From contig NW_020843442.1 of assembly GCF_003704095.1 (NCBI RefSeq), positions 124,001 to 188,000 on the forward strand: a stretch of 64,000 bases of DNA, written 5' to 3'. A program made the translations under genes and the position numbers. Origin of the DNA: Pocillopora damicornis. Lineage: Eukaryota. Positions 36,507 through 49,830 of this stretch are shown here, one piece after another. Position 1 is the first letter of the stretch. Every line of letters starts with the position of its first letter. The notes below the pieces were generated by a model, which worked only from the letters and a program-made list of their open reading frames with translations, was not told where the DNA came from and ran no database searches.

Positions 36507-38959
36507 AATAATCCCGCATTTGGGTTTTATGCGCTGTAACTGATCCGAAAGTTTGACAATGCGAACTCCTGAACATGACTATTTTTACAAATGAAATATT
36601 TTACTGCGTTAGGAGTGAAATTAGAATTTGACCTTTATCATAAGTGCCTTGTTTGAAATCTTAACTTTTTCTAGGGGCTTTTAAATCAATATTTTTCAAC
36701 CAGTTGATTCTAATCTTAATTAGATGGTTTTAATATCGAGGCGGGTACAAGCTTCTCAGTAGGTGTGTTATTAACTTGGACGTTTTTTGATTGTCTGTCA
36801 ATTTAATTAATTTAATTCATTACAATTAACTCCTTCTTGAGTGAAGTGCTGGCTTTAAAATAAACCTCTTTATTCGCATTGGATTGAATGTTTTCGTTTT
36901 TTAACTTTAAGATTTATGCCCAGATTTTATACGCTGAGGGAAACAGGAACAAAATTCTTGCGTGACAAGAAAAGATCATTGAAGCGATAAATAACACAGC
37001 CAGATACTAATGATTTTCTGTTAGTAAACATCACGGAAAGCCAAATGTCTTCATATCTATTTATGCAATCATAATAAATGCCGTTTGCCTTGTTTACATA
37101 GACATCTTTTAAATCCCGCCATACCATCGAATTTCTAATTCCTCTCTTTGATCTAGAGGTTGTGGTTCTTTAAGCGGAAGAGCTCTGAGGGCGTTGGAGC
37201 AAAGAAATGCGTGGAATTTCTCTGTGACGAATACCTTTTTTTATCCAACTAAAAGGGTATTATGATGTAACCATAGGTAAAGGCTGCGAGTTGTGCACTT
37301 AGTTGTGGATTGTAACCGACGAGAAAGTCTCTCTTGAGGCCCCCAAAAATGCACAACTAACAGAGGGAATGTAGTAGGTGAGTGCAGTTGAGGCGTTTTT
37401 GCCCAGATGCACTCAAGCTTGAGGACAAGACATTTACTATCAAACATAAACAGTTGAATCCCACGTCTTACCCTCCGACACCCCCCCTCCCCCTCCCATC
37501 CAAAAAGAAACAAAAATTAAAAAATTAAAATATCCATCACATCACCAATCCCTACCCCCCCAAACCCCTTCTCTATTAGCTCATTATTAACGCTTCCCGC
37601 CCGCGGCAAAAGCAAGCGGGAAAGAGGTCTGGAAGGGGTCTGGCACTAGTTATTAGTGCCGGAGTCTCGATAAATCTTTTCGCAACTCATCTCAAACCTT
37701 CCCTCAGGCGAAGCTAAGGAAAGCGCGTCCGGTAGCACTGATAATATTTAGTTGTCAACTCGATACGCCTTTTAAACTTATGTTTTTCCCTGGTCAGCTT
37801 ACTTTAGAACTCAGAAATTTTAAGAATTTTAAAGCAGTGTGAGTAACTATACGTACAATCACTGGATATATACATGAACAATTTTAGTCTCAGTTCTGCT
37901 CAGATGACAGAGTGAGAGACGCGGCTGTGAATAGATGTGTGACCAACACTTAGGTTCCTCTTTTGATATGCAAACAAACGACCTCTGGAACTTTTGTTTT
38001 TAATTATGCATGAAATGTGGTAAATAAGAAAATTGTGGCGTCATTTATTTCATCATTCAGGTTTTGAAATATCTACTGCGCATGCGCGCGAGATGACACA
38101 CTTCTCTCAAAGATACTGATTCAGGTTTTTGTTTTGATTGTTTGCTTTTTAAGAAGAAAGCTGTCAACTTTGTTTGCTTTCTTTCTTTTCGTTTTGTATT
38201 CACGAATTTCCATCTTGGCCTGATGTTATATAGGCTGAGGACAAACACACACCATAATGATAACAGACATTGATGACAAACCTATTTAAAACGAACCAAG
38301 CGCCTTTCCATTGGGATCTCTGATCCCGCATACTAATGCCGTAGCGAATGGGAGATACCTAGCGGGCCTCCTGATGTGGAACGGCTTGGTGAAATCCGAA
38401 GGGCTAGCCACCCCCAGTTTTTTTCTTGGTCTAATACAAGATTATTTAAATCTTTGTAACGACATCAATATTAATAGACACCAAAAATATGATTTAGAGG
38501 CTTAGGGTTATCCATCTTCTGTTGAGATTTTGTGGTTTGTGAAAATCATGCAAGAACTTTGAAGTATACCTTGAGATTAGATATTTAACTTCAAATTATG
38601 AATTAATTAGAAACGTCTCTATAGTTGAATAGGCCTATCAAGGTGTTCTTAAACGATGGAAAGAAGCAAAATCGTGCAGAAAAGGACCGTAAATGTAGTG
38701 ACGAAAGTTTTTTTCCAGTGACTTCTGATTTCAACACTTTTTTCCGATAAAGTGCAAGCCACAAACATAATAAAGCGACAGTCTTTGGTAGCGGTTTTAC
38801 TTCCATTTTAAACATGATGTAAAAGCTGGTTAAATTACCAATAAATATAAATTTGCTACTACACTACAGGACCACATTTGAATTTTGACGACATATCAGT
38901 CTAGCATGAGCAGCGTGACAACAATTTTACGATTTCATTAAGTTCCCAAGTTTCGATCG

Positions 38960-41127
38960 TTAACTGATCTGTGCGTTCTTGAGACTTGAAGTAACTTGGC
39001 CAGCGGCTGTCATCAATGGACTTCCCTTGTACTCAGCGACACCATCGTCAGAGGTACAAAGGTCAGACTGAAAGAAAACGAAAACAAAAACATTTTTCAT
39101 TTTTTAACATTGTCATTATTTTGAGTTCGTACTAATATGACCCTTAAAGTTCGTTAGCAAATTATACGAGTAGGGTTCTTTGTTCATACGTTTGGTACAC
39201 TACCAAAGACTCCAGTGTCCATTTATGAGTATAGCGTCTTGCCCAAGAGCACAACATAATGACCTGGTCAGGACTTAAATCTAGACCTCTGTATCCAGAC
39301 TCCCCGGCTAAGAATGGCCTTCGAGCATGTTGGCAACTAGACACGAGCATTTCGGATCAATATCAGTATCGCCCACCCACTCCTCCCCTAACCCAACAAC
39401 AGTCAATTGATAACAAGTTAGGGTTAATGTTGGGTTAGGGGAGGGGTAGGTGGGCAGTTGCCCAGATACTGATATTGATCCAGCATTTCTTTACCCGCGG
39501 CTTACCCGCGGGAAAGTACGAGGCCTTGAGCAACGCGAGTCGGCGAGAGGTCTGCCAGGGGTCTGGCATTGATACCTCATTATTAGTGCCACCCCTTGCG
39601 AACCTCCCTCCGACTCGTCTTAAATCTTCCCATGGGCGAAGAAACACGCGTCTAGCATTACTAATGATAAGGACCTGCTTGTGAGCAAGGCCAACTAGGA
39701 CCTCACCGAGTCTAAAAGCGCCCCGCTGTTGATTTTACAGTGTACTTATAAATGTTGCGAGAAGGTCATAGAATAACAGCTTAAAGAATAGTTAACCTTT
39801 AAGGCTTCAAAAATCTTCTTCTTGGGATTCAGTTGTTCATCTGGCTCTAAATGAAAGAGAAAACGACAAATATAAGATGGAAAGTTGTTTAATATTTCAC
39901 TTAATTTGGCGTTGGTCAATATGAACAATATGGATAAACAAAGGATTCATTCGTTAATCAACTATCGATGCACTCTTTTTCTTAAATGTAAATTACTTAA
40001 GCAATGATCATATAAACCGCTTGTTATACGGTGGCGTGAAGTTTTCGTTGATTCTCCATACTTCGGTTAATTAAAACTCTGTAAGTATTAATGTCACCAA
40101 CGAGTCTACGTGTTTCTTATAAATCCTGGAAACGAAATTTTTGAAAACCAGCTTGGTTGTAAGCCACTCTCTTTTTCTCTACCACCTTACCTCCGGCAGT
40201 TTCATGTTCGTAGCCTTTCACCACGACTCTGTCACCAGGCTTGCATTCAGCTGGCGGGTTTAGAGGAATCACTTGTCTTTTACCATCAGTACTACAAACA
40301 AAAACCATAGGCTATTAGTCTGATTTTTTTCGCCTATGTCCATAAATTTGATTGTAAGTAAGAGCGTCCTTGCCANNNNNNNNNNCCCTCGCCAAACCCA
40401 TTCTTAGCTACTATTTTCACCCCTTTACTGAGATTACTAAGAGTAAAGATTTGCCGAAATCAATCTTCTCACTTCCAATAAACTTACGTCCAGATATTAC
40501 TATCATTTCAAGTTAGCTGTACCTTGCAATAATACGACAAAAACCTTCCTACAATTAAAATAGTTTCATCGAAACAGGCTTCTCTGCTACGCTATTTTCT
40601 AAAATAGTTTTTTAAATCACAGTCGGTTTCAACTTACAAAATAACAAGCATAAACTTACCCTGTTACAGATGCCGCCATGAGCATCGCTTCTGACGTGAC
40701 GCCTGACATAAGAAATCCACAACGTAAAATGAAAATGTATTCTTGCTCACTCAGAGACAAAAGGTGCAGGTGAAAACTGCTTGTCCAGGCATCAAATTTT
40801 CCACAATTAAGAAAAAAACGCACCTCTCATGTTAACAGGTTTTAAGTTGCACATCAATACAACAAGTCTGTCTTGAAGTTCCTCCAATGGAACATACTCT
40901 GCCAAACCACTTACAACAGTTCTAGGCTCTGGAAAAAAAATAACCAAAATATAGCATTCATACCTAAATAAAATCCTGAGAGTACTCGTGACGGTACAGA
41001 GCATTGGGCACAACATGACTGCCTTCGCCTCCACACCCTAGGATCAGTTTGCAGGTTCTCCGTACTGTTCTTTATGCATTTCCTATTGTACTTACAAGGA
41101 GAATTTGCTTAATAAAAGTAGAAATAG

Positions 41128-41166
<39 letters not shown>

Positions 41167-44100
41167 TACTATTAATGATAATAACGATGATGATAATTAT
41201 TTAGCAGCGGACAATCCATGAGGTGGCTCTTCTTATCCACCTTCTCCAGGTCGAATTGGAATTTTGGACATTGGTTTTTTGCAGAGAGAGGAAAACTGGA
41301 AACCCTGAGAAAAAACCCTCGGAGCAAGGACGAGAACCAACAACAAACTCAACTCAAATGTGACGTTGGGTCCTGCCTGGGCCACAGCGGAGGAAGGTGA
41401 GTGCTCTCGCCACTGTGCCATCCCTGCTCCCCTCAAGAGCTTCTTGGCCTTGCAATTATTTTCTTTATTTCATGAACTTAATGTTTGATTAAGGGGTGAA
41501 ACTGTTGGGAGAAACTAGATGCTTACTACTCTCAAGGATTAAAGAGTTAACAAAAACAAGGAGCGATAGGCTGAGGAAGGAAAAAAAAACTCTGTAAAGC
41601 TGATCTCATCACATACTTTCTTCTCCAATGTCAATTTCTTCTAAGTACAGGGAATCTGCATCAGGATGCTGTAATGAAAGGAAGTAAAAAAATGACAGAA
41701 TTTCCATCTCAGAGAGCAATATAGTAAACTTCTCCTAGGAGCAAAAGGTTTTAACCTCACAAGGAAAGCTGAAAACATTGTTCTGAACAAGGTTCCCTTG
41801 ATTTCAAACAATATCACAAAGGGAATAATAAAATGAAATGAAAACTCAATGCGCTCACTTTCTTTGCTGACAAAATTTTTCCAATTCTTAAATCCAACCT
41901 TGAAGGATCAACAGCTCTCTCAGGAGTGGCATTTGCTCCACCTTTTCCACCCTCTGAAATTCAAGAAATAACAAAGAAATGTTATAAATACTGACTAGTT
42001 ACTTTCATTTTAGTTGGCACTGTGCTTCAACAGCTACAAAGTAGACTAGTAAGTAAACTGAAGACAGTACTATTCTTGCACAGAGTAACAGTTGACTGTG
42101 TTGTGATTATCCAGGTGAAGATACAGTGGTACCCCTAGTCATGAAAAACACCCAGAGAAATGATAGCAGCAGAGTATGTGAGGCACAAGTATACTCTTAA
42201 TGAACCCTGTTCACTTACTTGCTTTCTTTGGAGCAGGGTATGCTTGTTTCATCAGCTTCTGTAGTTCAGGAGTTTGGAACTTCTTTCTTATGGGATCAAG
42301 AAGCTTTAGAAGGAAACAGACATTAATGATTGGTGAACAAATAGTTGGGAAACATAATATTGGTACAGCTCTTTCCTGAGTTAAAGCAGTGATTGGGTTC
42401 CTGATATGTAAACTTATATAATAACACATTAGTTGAGTTAATTTTCAAGGGCATACTTACTTACTTGAGCAGACTCAGTCATTTCAGCCTGAGCCTGAGC
42501 AACATAAGAGTTACAATGACTCTGAGAAGGGTCCAAAACATATTTAAGCCCAAGAACATAAACTGTATTAAAATACATTTTAGCCCATGGAAATCTCAAT
42601 TTTTGGCCTCAGAAATCTCCATTTTAGCCCACAAAATGAGCCACAATGCCCAACAAAGATAACAACATGTAGTAGAATTTGTTTAAATAATTCACCAACC
42701 TTGTACAACTAATATCCACGCAAAGGGAAGGAGTATATACATACCTCATTCAAAAAAGCTGTAACTCCCATTTTCAGATCAAGTGGATGTAGTTCCTGGT
42801 GAGGTGAACCAACGAAAAAAGCAGCAATACATGTGATGTCTACTAACATAAAATTTTCTTCTAAACAAAATTCATAGGATATATTAAATAACAAATGTTT
42901 TTGATGATAGACCAACCTTTCTGGCAAATGTTTCCTCAAGTGATGCATAATTTCTAAATGCAATTCTTCCTCCATTTTCTTCAGCTCTTTCTATCACAAA
43001 TTCTGAGCCCAAGGGAAACAAAATCACTTAAAATCACACTTGTTTCAATTAATTGTACTTTAGGGACAAAATATTTTGTTCTTCAGAAAGATGGTGCTCT
43101 TGGCCTAATGATCAACGTACTGGACTCAGGAATGAGAGAAAGGAATAAGTTTCTAAAGATCCTTTGGTACTGAGTGAATGGGGGGGGNNNNNNNNNNGAG
43201 GGGAAGATCTTGTTCGTAATTGTATATATTAACTGCCTCGAAGGCCAGATTATTTATTCTTGACCTACCTGTTTTATTCTTTATTTCCAACACCGAGAAG
43301 ATCACAAACTTGGCAAATGCAAGAATACCATTCTCCTCAATGTTTCCTTCTTCACAGAATGCCTAACATGAAGCAATTGGAACAAATTATTCATTACACA
43401 TAAATTGGAAACTGAGACATCTGAAGAAGAAGTGAGGTAATGCACATAAACTTCCCTAAATAACAGTAAATAAACAAATTTAAAATGATCCATTTTTAAA
43501 AACAGAGCAAAGCCAAAAGTTGTTTAACCCTAGACAGCATTATCACTGACCTTATTTAGCTTTTTCTTAACAACTGAAGCACCATCCAGAAGATCAATTT
43601 TTGAATCCTAGAGAAAAAAAATTTAAATTAATTGAATGATCTAATTACAACACTAATAAAGCTGATGGTGCACAAATCATCCATACTTGCTGCTGCTATT
43701 GCTGTCTTTTAGAAAGTAATCACCATGCTTTCAATAAAAAACGCGCATGAACATAGTGGCTTGAGCAACAGGAAAAAGCCATTTAGCCTTGCTAAATATG
43801 CAAAGAAAGAGAGGGTAAGAGCAGTGGTCATGTAATAAAATACTTATTGACTGAATTATATCAAGCTGAATGGGAAAATGTGTGGCTCTCTGTTGTGACT
43901 GCATACTTCATTACCTTGAGAAAAAAACTTTCCAACCATTTATCTCTGTCAATAAGTAGATATCAATATTGTTTCATAAAAACTGACCTCATCTGATGCG
44001 CTCATCTTGGTACCAGTGAGACCGGGCACTACATAGAAAATCAAGGGAACAGAAAATTAGCCCAAACAACCATCAGTAGAAATGAGGGTACAAAGAACAA

Positions 44101-47100
44101 AGAAGGATGATAAATGGAGATTGCTGGTGTTAGGATACAGGAGTACATACACATACATACACATACATACACACATACTTAATTGAGACTCCCTTCAACA
44201 GGGCATTTCACTCACAATGCTAACTGTTACATAATACATCTGGTAATTAAGGAAACTTATTTACAAACAGTAATTTAATTGAATTCAAAATATATTCAGA
44301 GTTCAAAACTATTTTGCATGAAACATATTAAAAAGTATCCACTCAAAACTATTAACTTCTTCAGTGTTCTTCATATTGTTGGCTAGCCCATTCCATTCCC
44401 TTGGACCTCAAAAGTAAAATGGCTTTAGCCCCATTTACAATCTACAAAAACCAAATTAGGTATACTGTACAATACCTCGGCAGCAAGATTGAAGAAAAAA
44501 GCCAAATCATCTGCATAGGTGGGGGGTTTTACAAGATAATTTTGTTTTGTCAACTGAGTAGATTGATAAATGTAATTTGGTTAGTCTGTAAAGACTTTCT
44601 AAAGCTGATCAACAAATCCTAGGCCCACAACCACAGGCTAGATGTCTGTCAACATTCTGGATAATTTCTTACCCATTGGGTTCATAAGATGAATTCTCTT
44701 GGCATAACCTAAAGAGGGAAGATACTGAAAAACAGATGGAAATATAATGTTAAGTAAAACAATAACACTGAAGATAACAGGTAGATGAAAATTTTGAGAA
44801 CATATTAAATGACTACTATGATGGACTTGTTCAGATGTCTGTACTCAAACAGAATCTACTACCTTTTCTGCAAATGTGAATATTTTGCGCTGATCGACAC
44901 CTCCAAACTGTGCATCTACTTTGAGGTATTCTTCATCAAGAGCCTGTTGTATAAAAAAAGAGATATGTAAAAATGGGTAGTTTTGACAAATGTGATCTGT
45001 AAACATGTAATAACTGTTGAAATATTTACTAAAAAGCAATGGGTGATTTGTTTGAATGCATGAAAAACATTTCATTGCGTAGTGTGACCATGAGCAGTTA
45101 GTTCTGTGAAGGACTGAGGTTTGTCATAAACACTGATTGAGGTATTTACAACTAGAGAGCAAGATCATTATCAGGAAAAAGTGAATAGTTCCTTATCAGT
45201 GGAATATTACAATTTGGACTTGCGGAGACTGATTGCTCAGGTTTGCTGTGATGTTATTGGCAACATGACACAAATACCATTCAATACTGGGATCACCATT
45301 TAATACAAGTTACAATATCAAGAAAGTGTATTGAGTATCACTTTACGGCACAAGTGCCAGACTGAGTTCTTTAACTTTGAAGATGTGATTGCTAATCCTC
45401 CCCTCAAGCTGCTACACATTTCCTTGTAAATTGGTTAAGAGAATTTGGTATTACACCAAGATAACAAATTCCACCCAATAAAGTTAATTAAAAGTATTTC
45501 TCATCACCTGTTTGCTGGAAGTTCATGGATATTTTAGGGAGAAGTTTCCTGTTAATCACTTCTGGGAGTTAACAGATTGTGTGATAATGAAATAAATACA
45601 AAGATTGTAACTACAATACCTGAAGTCCAGGGTACAATAGACCACTCAAAAGAGGATGTTGGACTTGCTTAACAACCTCTGAACCAGCTTTCTTTGCATC
45701 ATGCTAACAGAAATAAATCCAAATAAATCACTTAAAATAGATCCATAACATCTGATTTAGGGAGAATGCATTATTTTCCAATTTAAATTGATTACATGTA
45801 CATGATAATGGCTAGATTTTCTGATTATAAGGTTTTTAAAATAAAAATAACTTTTTAATGAGATTTTGAGTCATCATGCATCAAATATTTTTGCTCATGC
45901 ATGACTAATCTAAATGCATTATGTTACCAAATATTCCTCAGCTAAAACTGGGGGATATCTTAAGATATCACCCAAGTGATATTCTCCTATTATCAAACCA
46001 TACATCCACTACCATAAGTCTTTATTCAAAATTTAATTCAAGATGAGAGAAGATTTTATGATTGTTACAAAAGAACAGATTGAAATATTTGTTTGTTCAT
46101 AAAGTTGTACCAGAAAACACTAAAAAGAAAACATCCCAACCAGCAAAGAGTAAGCTATTTGTTAACACTGCAAAATACTTGAAGGATAATCAACACAATA
46201 ACCACAGACTATTTTTTTCAAAAATATGCTTATATATTTGTCCTTAGACATTATTTGTTCCTGGAAACTCACAGTTTCCACAAGCTTAGCTCTCACAAAA
46301 CTATCTGCACCTTGGAACAGGCAATATCTGCAGTAAAAATATCTGTGCACATTTTTGCACCAAATAAAGGCTATTGTTTATTTAGAAATGTCAAGCAGTA
46401 GTAACATTACCTCAGTGGCAACAGTGGAAAGTTTAAATATGTCCAGGACATAGGCTCTGAGAAAACACAAAGAGGAACAAAAAAATAAATCACTGTGCTG
46501 AATGAAGGCAACAAAGAGAGCAACACATGAAGTCTCAAACCACCAGCTCTAGAGCAGCTGATATTGGGTAATATTAATGATATTGGAACATCACAAAATG
46601 TTTACAATTACCTGTCCAGCTGATACTCTGTTCCTCGCACAAACTTTAATTTATCCAGGGGGACATTGATTGACTCTAGCATTGCCTACATGATAAAACC
46701 CAATGCGTAATGTCACCCCAAAATCATATTCATATCAGAGTTTGATAGACAAAGCCATTCATGATTTGTCATCTTTAACCCTATAACCCCCAAGATCTGA
46801 TTGTTAATTCTCCCCTATAGATGCAACAAATTTCCCTGTAACTACGTTATGAGAATTAGGTGTTAGATCGAGACAACAACCTGTACTTGATAAGTTTGAG
46901 AATTCTCATCACATCTTTGCTGGATAATGTATGGATATTATAGGGAGAAGTAACATATTAATCACTCCTGGGAATTAAAGGGTTAAAGAATAGTTACATG
47001 CGGAGACACGTTAGAACTAAGACATTGGTTGTCATCTGGTGTACATTCAACATCCATAATTATTTTCAACTTAAGTCCTTCCCAGGACTACTCTCACCCA

Positions 47101-49830
47101 GTCAATCAAAATAAATGATCAAATGTTTCACCTTAGTTCAAACAATTCACTGTAACAGGAAAAAGACTGACAAGTGTCATCAAAATCCAACCTTAATCAC
47201 TTCTTCGTAATACTTGACTCTGTGGGCTAACAGTTCCCAAGGTGCTTTCAGATTATCCAAATATGCATGAAGGTCAGCTAAAAGTACTGTCACCTACAAA
47301 AAAAAGCAAATGTTTCCATTATAGTACAAATAAAGTTATTCAAAAGCATAATGGTATATTTTATGCAGTGCAAAATGTATCATAAATATAATTCAAGCTC
47401 CAAATTCCTTTCTTGCTTTTCAGTGGTTAGTACTATTGATTAGATCCAAATACTGTCATGACAGAATATTTTTTACAACTATTTATAGTCATTTATAATG
47501 AAGTGATATCTCTTGGCAGTCCTATAAAGCTTATTAAGCCATATTAACTTTTCTCTCCTTTATCCTTAACCCTTTAACTCCCAGAAGTGATAAATATGTA
47601 ACTTCTTCCTATAATATCCATACACCATCCAGCAAACAGGTAATGAGAAAACCCAGACTTATCAGGTAGAAGTTGTTATCTTGATCTAACATCAAATCCT
47701 CATAACTAACTTAGAAAGAAATGTCTAGCCGCAAGGAGGGAGAATTGACAATTGGATCTTGGGAGTTAAAGGGTTAACATTTTTACACTGAAGTTCCCTT
47801 CCTCAGGCTTGTGATAATTTCACATAAAGGGGGAGTTTTTGTGTTACTGGACAATGTTTACACTGGGTGACAATTTCATTTTGACAATAAATCTTGAAAC
47901 AATATCATGTTAATATTGAGGAAAAAACTACATAACTTTTTTTATGTGAAATTGGCTTTCAATTAAACTAGAATGGATTGGGCACTTAATTTTCATCAAT
48001 TCTAGATGGAATGCATTGTCATTTTAAACACGGAACAAGGAGGAAAACAAAAAATACAAAATGTAATAAAAAATTAAGAAATTGTTCTGGTATAAAGCAT
48101 GTCATAACACCAATAAGCATATTCAAGCTGGTAACACACCTCACAGCCTGCCTTGAGGAAGTCAGCTATTTTTGTCATTGGTACAAAGTATGCAACATGT
48201 GGTTTTCCTGTTGTAGCTGTTCCCCAGTACAAAGATAAATTTTTCTCTTGTAAAATTGTTTTTAAGCGATCCTCACCGATAACTTCCTATGAAAATAATA
48301 AACAACATAATGTGACGTAAACTATAATAAAAATTGATTCTCTCCATGAATAGGTAAGTCATCTGATAAAGATTTGAGCATCTCAGTATATAGTGATCAT
48401 TATTAGCCTAGCCAATATAATGCAGTAGATCTACTAAAGCTGAACATCCCTCTCCCAGCCACACAGAAACATATCAAACCTCTCATGTGTGGACACCTCA
48501 CTTAATCCTCCACTCCCAAGATATCATTATTAATTCTCCTTACTGTCTGCTATACAAATCTTACAATGCTAGTTGAGAGAATTTGGAATCTAATGATAAT
48601 CCCCAACCAATATGTTTCTTTATTCCCATTACTTATCAGCTTGATAATGTATTAATGTTGTACACAGTGGTGCATCCAAACCTTGACCTGAAGGGGGGGG
48701 GGGGAGGGGAGACCTGGTTTTTTGTTGCCTGCCCTGCCAGCTTTTTTTTCCTCTGTTTTTCTTTTTTTTTTTTTTTGTAACCAAAATAAAGAAAGGGGGG
48801 TGGGCCCCCTAGGCTCCTCCCTTAGATCTGCCACTGATAGGGAGATATTCTGTCTTGGTCACTCAGGAGAGTTTAAGGGTTATCAATGATGAAGACATGG
48901 TCATTTGCATTAGACTAAATGTTTCTCTCTTTTATCAAGCATATAAATATTTTGCGGTTTCCCCCCTATAATGAAGACAACTCTTCATTCTGAAGAAATA
49001 ACTGGTTGAATTTCTATATAGCCCCATACAACTCTTAACAAAGTTACAGTCCCAAAGATTACATCATAGTCCTCTTTATCCAAGAACTTTATGCATAATA
49101 AAGTATGTGGCTGTGAGAAATCTCTTCAATAACCCAAAATATTGTGGCAAAGTGCCATTAAGCATATAGCTCTTTTTGTGAAAATCTGAAATATGTCTAA
49201 TTATATTAAATTGGACAGTGAGTGTGGGGATTCGAAGTACATACCATTCTGCAATAGGAAATCCCCTACATAGATAAAAAAATTCACCCAGAATTCCAAC
49301 CATTAAATTCCCCTGATATCAAAATCCAGTCACTTATCTACTTGTAAAAGACTATGATGGCAAAATCTCATTTACAAAAAGGTTGAGAGGTATTGAATGT
49401 TTCCTTCCTTCCATCAATATTCCACTTCATCTTTTCAGACCTCCTTCAAAGGAAGTAATATCTGTTAGGTCTCATTACCCGTCTCGTATATTTCTTGTTT
49501 TCACACAAACTACTCTGGAAAGATCTCTGTGATAAAGCGTTTGATTCATACCTTTTTCTTAAGTATTCATACCAGATAATAAAACAAAACTACTGAAAAT
49601 GAAAACCTATTTCCCTATATGTTTCGCCACAATGTAGCGCCAGAGCAGACGCGGATGAAAAAATAAGCGAATTACCCATTACATCATATCGAAATATAAT
49701 TGGAGAAAGTTCCATAACTTCAATCCACTTTTTCCTGAATTCGAATATAAACATCTGAAACCCTCACCTGTAAATTTCTGGTGATCAAATTGAATTTTTC
49801 GTCAGCAGAATACGAATCATTCGAAGCCAT
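38960..49830 (-). CDS. YARS1: Tyrosine--tRNA ligase, cytosolic type, with C-terminal EMAP II-like domain; 538 aa (580 aa from the upstream ATG at 49956)
   Basis: 21 exons: 49830-49768, 48286-48140, 47293-47192, 46685-46612, 46456-46411, 45703-45620, 44943-44863, 44724-44673, 44028-43988, 43607-43551, 43362-43269, 43002-42917, 42795-42745, 42303-42219, 41953-41859, 41668-41617, 40928-40824, 40702-40660, 40291-40191, 39846-39797, 39067-38960 (1617 nt). Motifs [61 protein letters not shown]. Confidence 0.96.
39230..39325 (-). mobile_element. Degenerate CORE-like SINE fragment
   Basis: Minus strand ...gtcctgaccaggtcattatgttgtgctcttgggcaagacgct; a possibly related head fragment lies at ~43092-43130 (+). 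Confidence 0.4.
39354..39482. mobile_element. Palindromic MITE, same family as 17295-17435
   Basis: TIR ggatcaatatcagtatc / gatactgatattgatcc. Confidence 0.75.
41128..41433 (-). mobile_element. tRNA-derived SINE with a (TTA)n tail, inserted in a MITE
   Basis: Minus strand ggggagcagggaTGGCACAGTGGcgagagc (A-box), core gtttgttgttggttctcgtccttgctccgagggtttttctc; (AAT)n tract at ~41128-41165 on plus; MITE halves at ~41030-41115 and ~41434-41550. Confidence 0.75.
44143..44450 (-). mobile_element. LINE 3' end remnant with an (ATGT)n-type tail
   Basis: Degenerate ORF2 C-terminus-like reading ([21 protein letters not shown]) followed by a microsatellite at 44143-44178. Confidence 0.45.
46775..46986. 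mobile_element. piggyBac-like MITE (TTAA-CCC...GGG-TTAA)
   Basis: ttaaccctataac...ggaattaaagggttaa; TTAA on both sides. Confidence 0.75.
47566..47777. mobile_element. piggyBac-like MITE
   Basis: Perfect TIR ttaaccctttaactccca / tgggagttaaagggttaa. Other degenerate relatives at ~25140-25355, 30960-31100, 45370-45572, 53118-53270 and 58063-58272. Confidence 0.85.
48502..48882. mobile_element. piggyBac-like MITE interrupted by a nested CAGTGG-terminated (hAT-like) MITE at 48665-48836
   Basis: Host halves flank an insert with TIRs cagtggtgcatcc / agatctgccactg; no clean TSD visible. Confidence 0.65.

Noticed and set aside
37685-37710. Minus-strand GGGAAGGTTTGAGAT resembling RNase P RNA CR-I
   Set aside because: No CR-V partner for helix P4 was found downstream, and the second copy breaks the motif.
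39385-39445. TTAGGG-like motifs as interstitial telomere or telomerase RNA
   Set aside because: Isolated hexamers inside the arms of a multicopy palindromic MITE.
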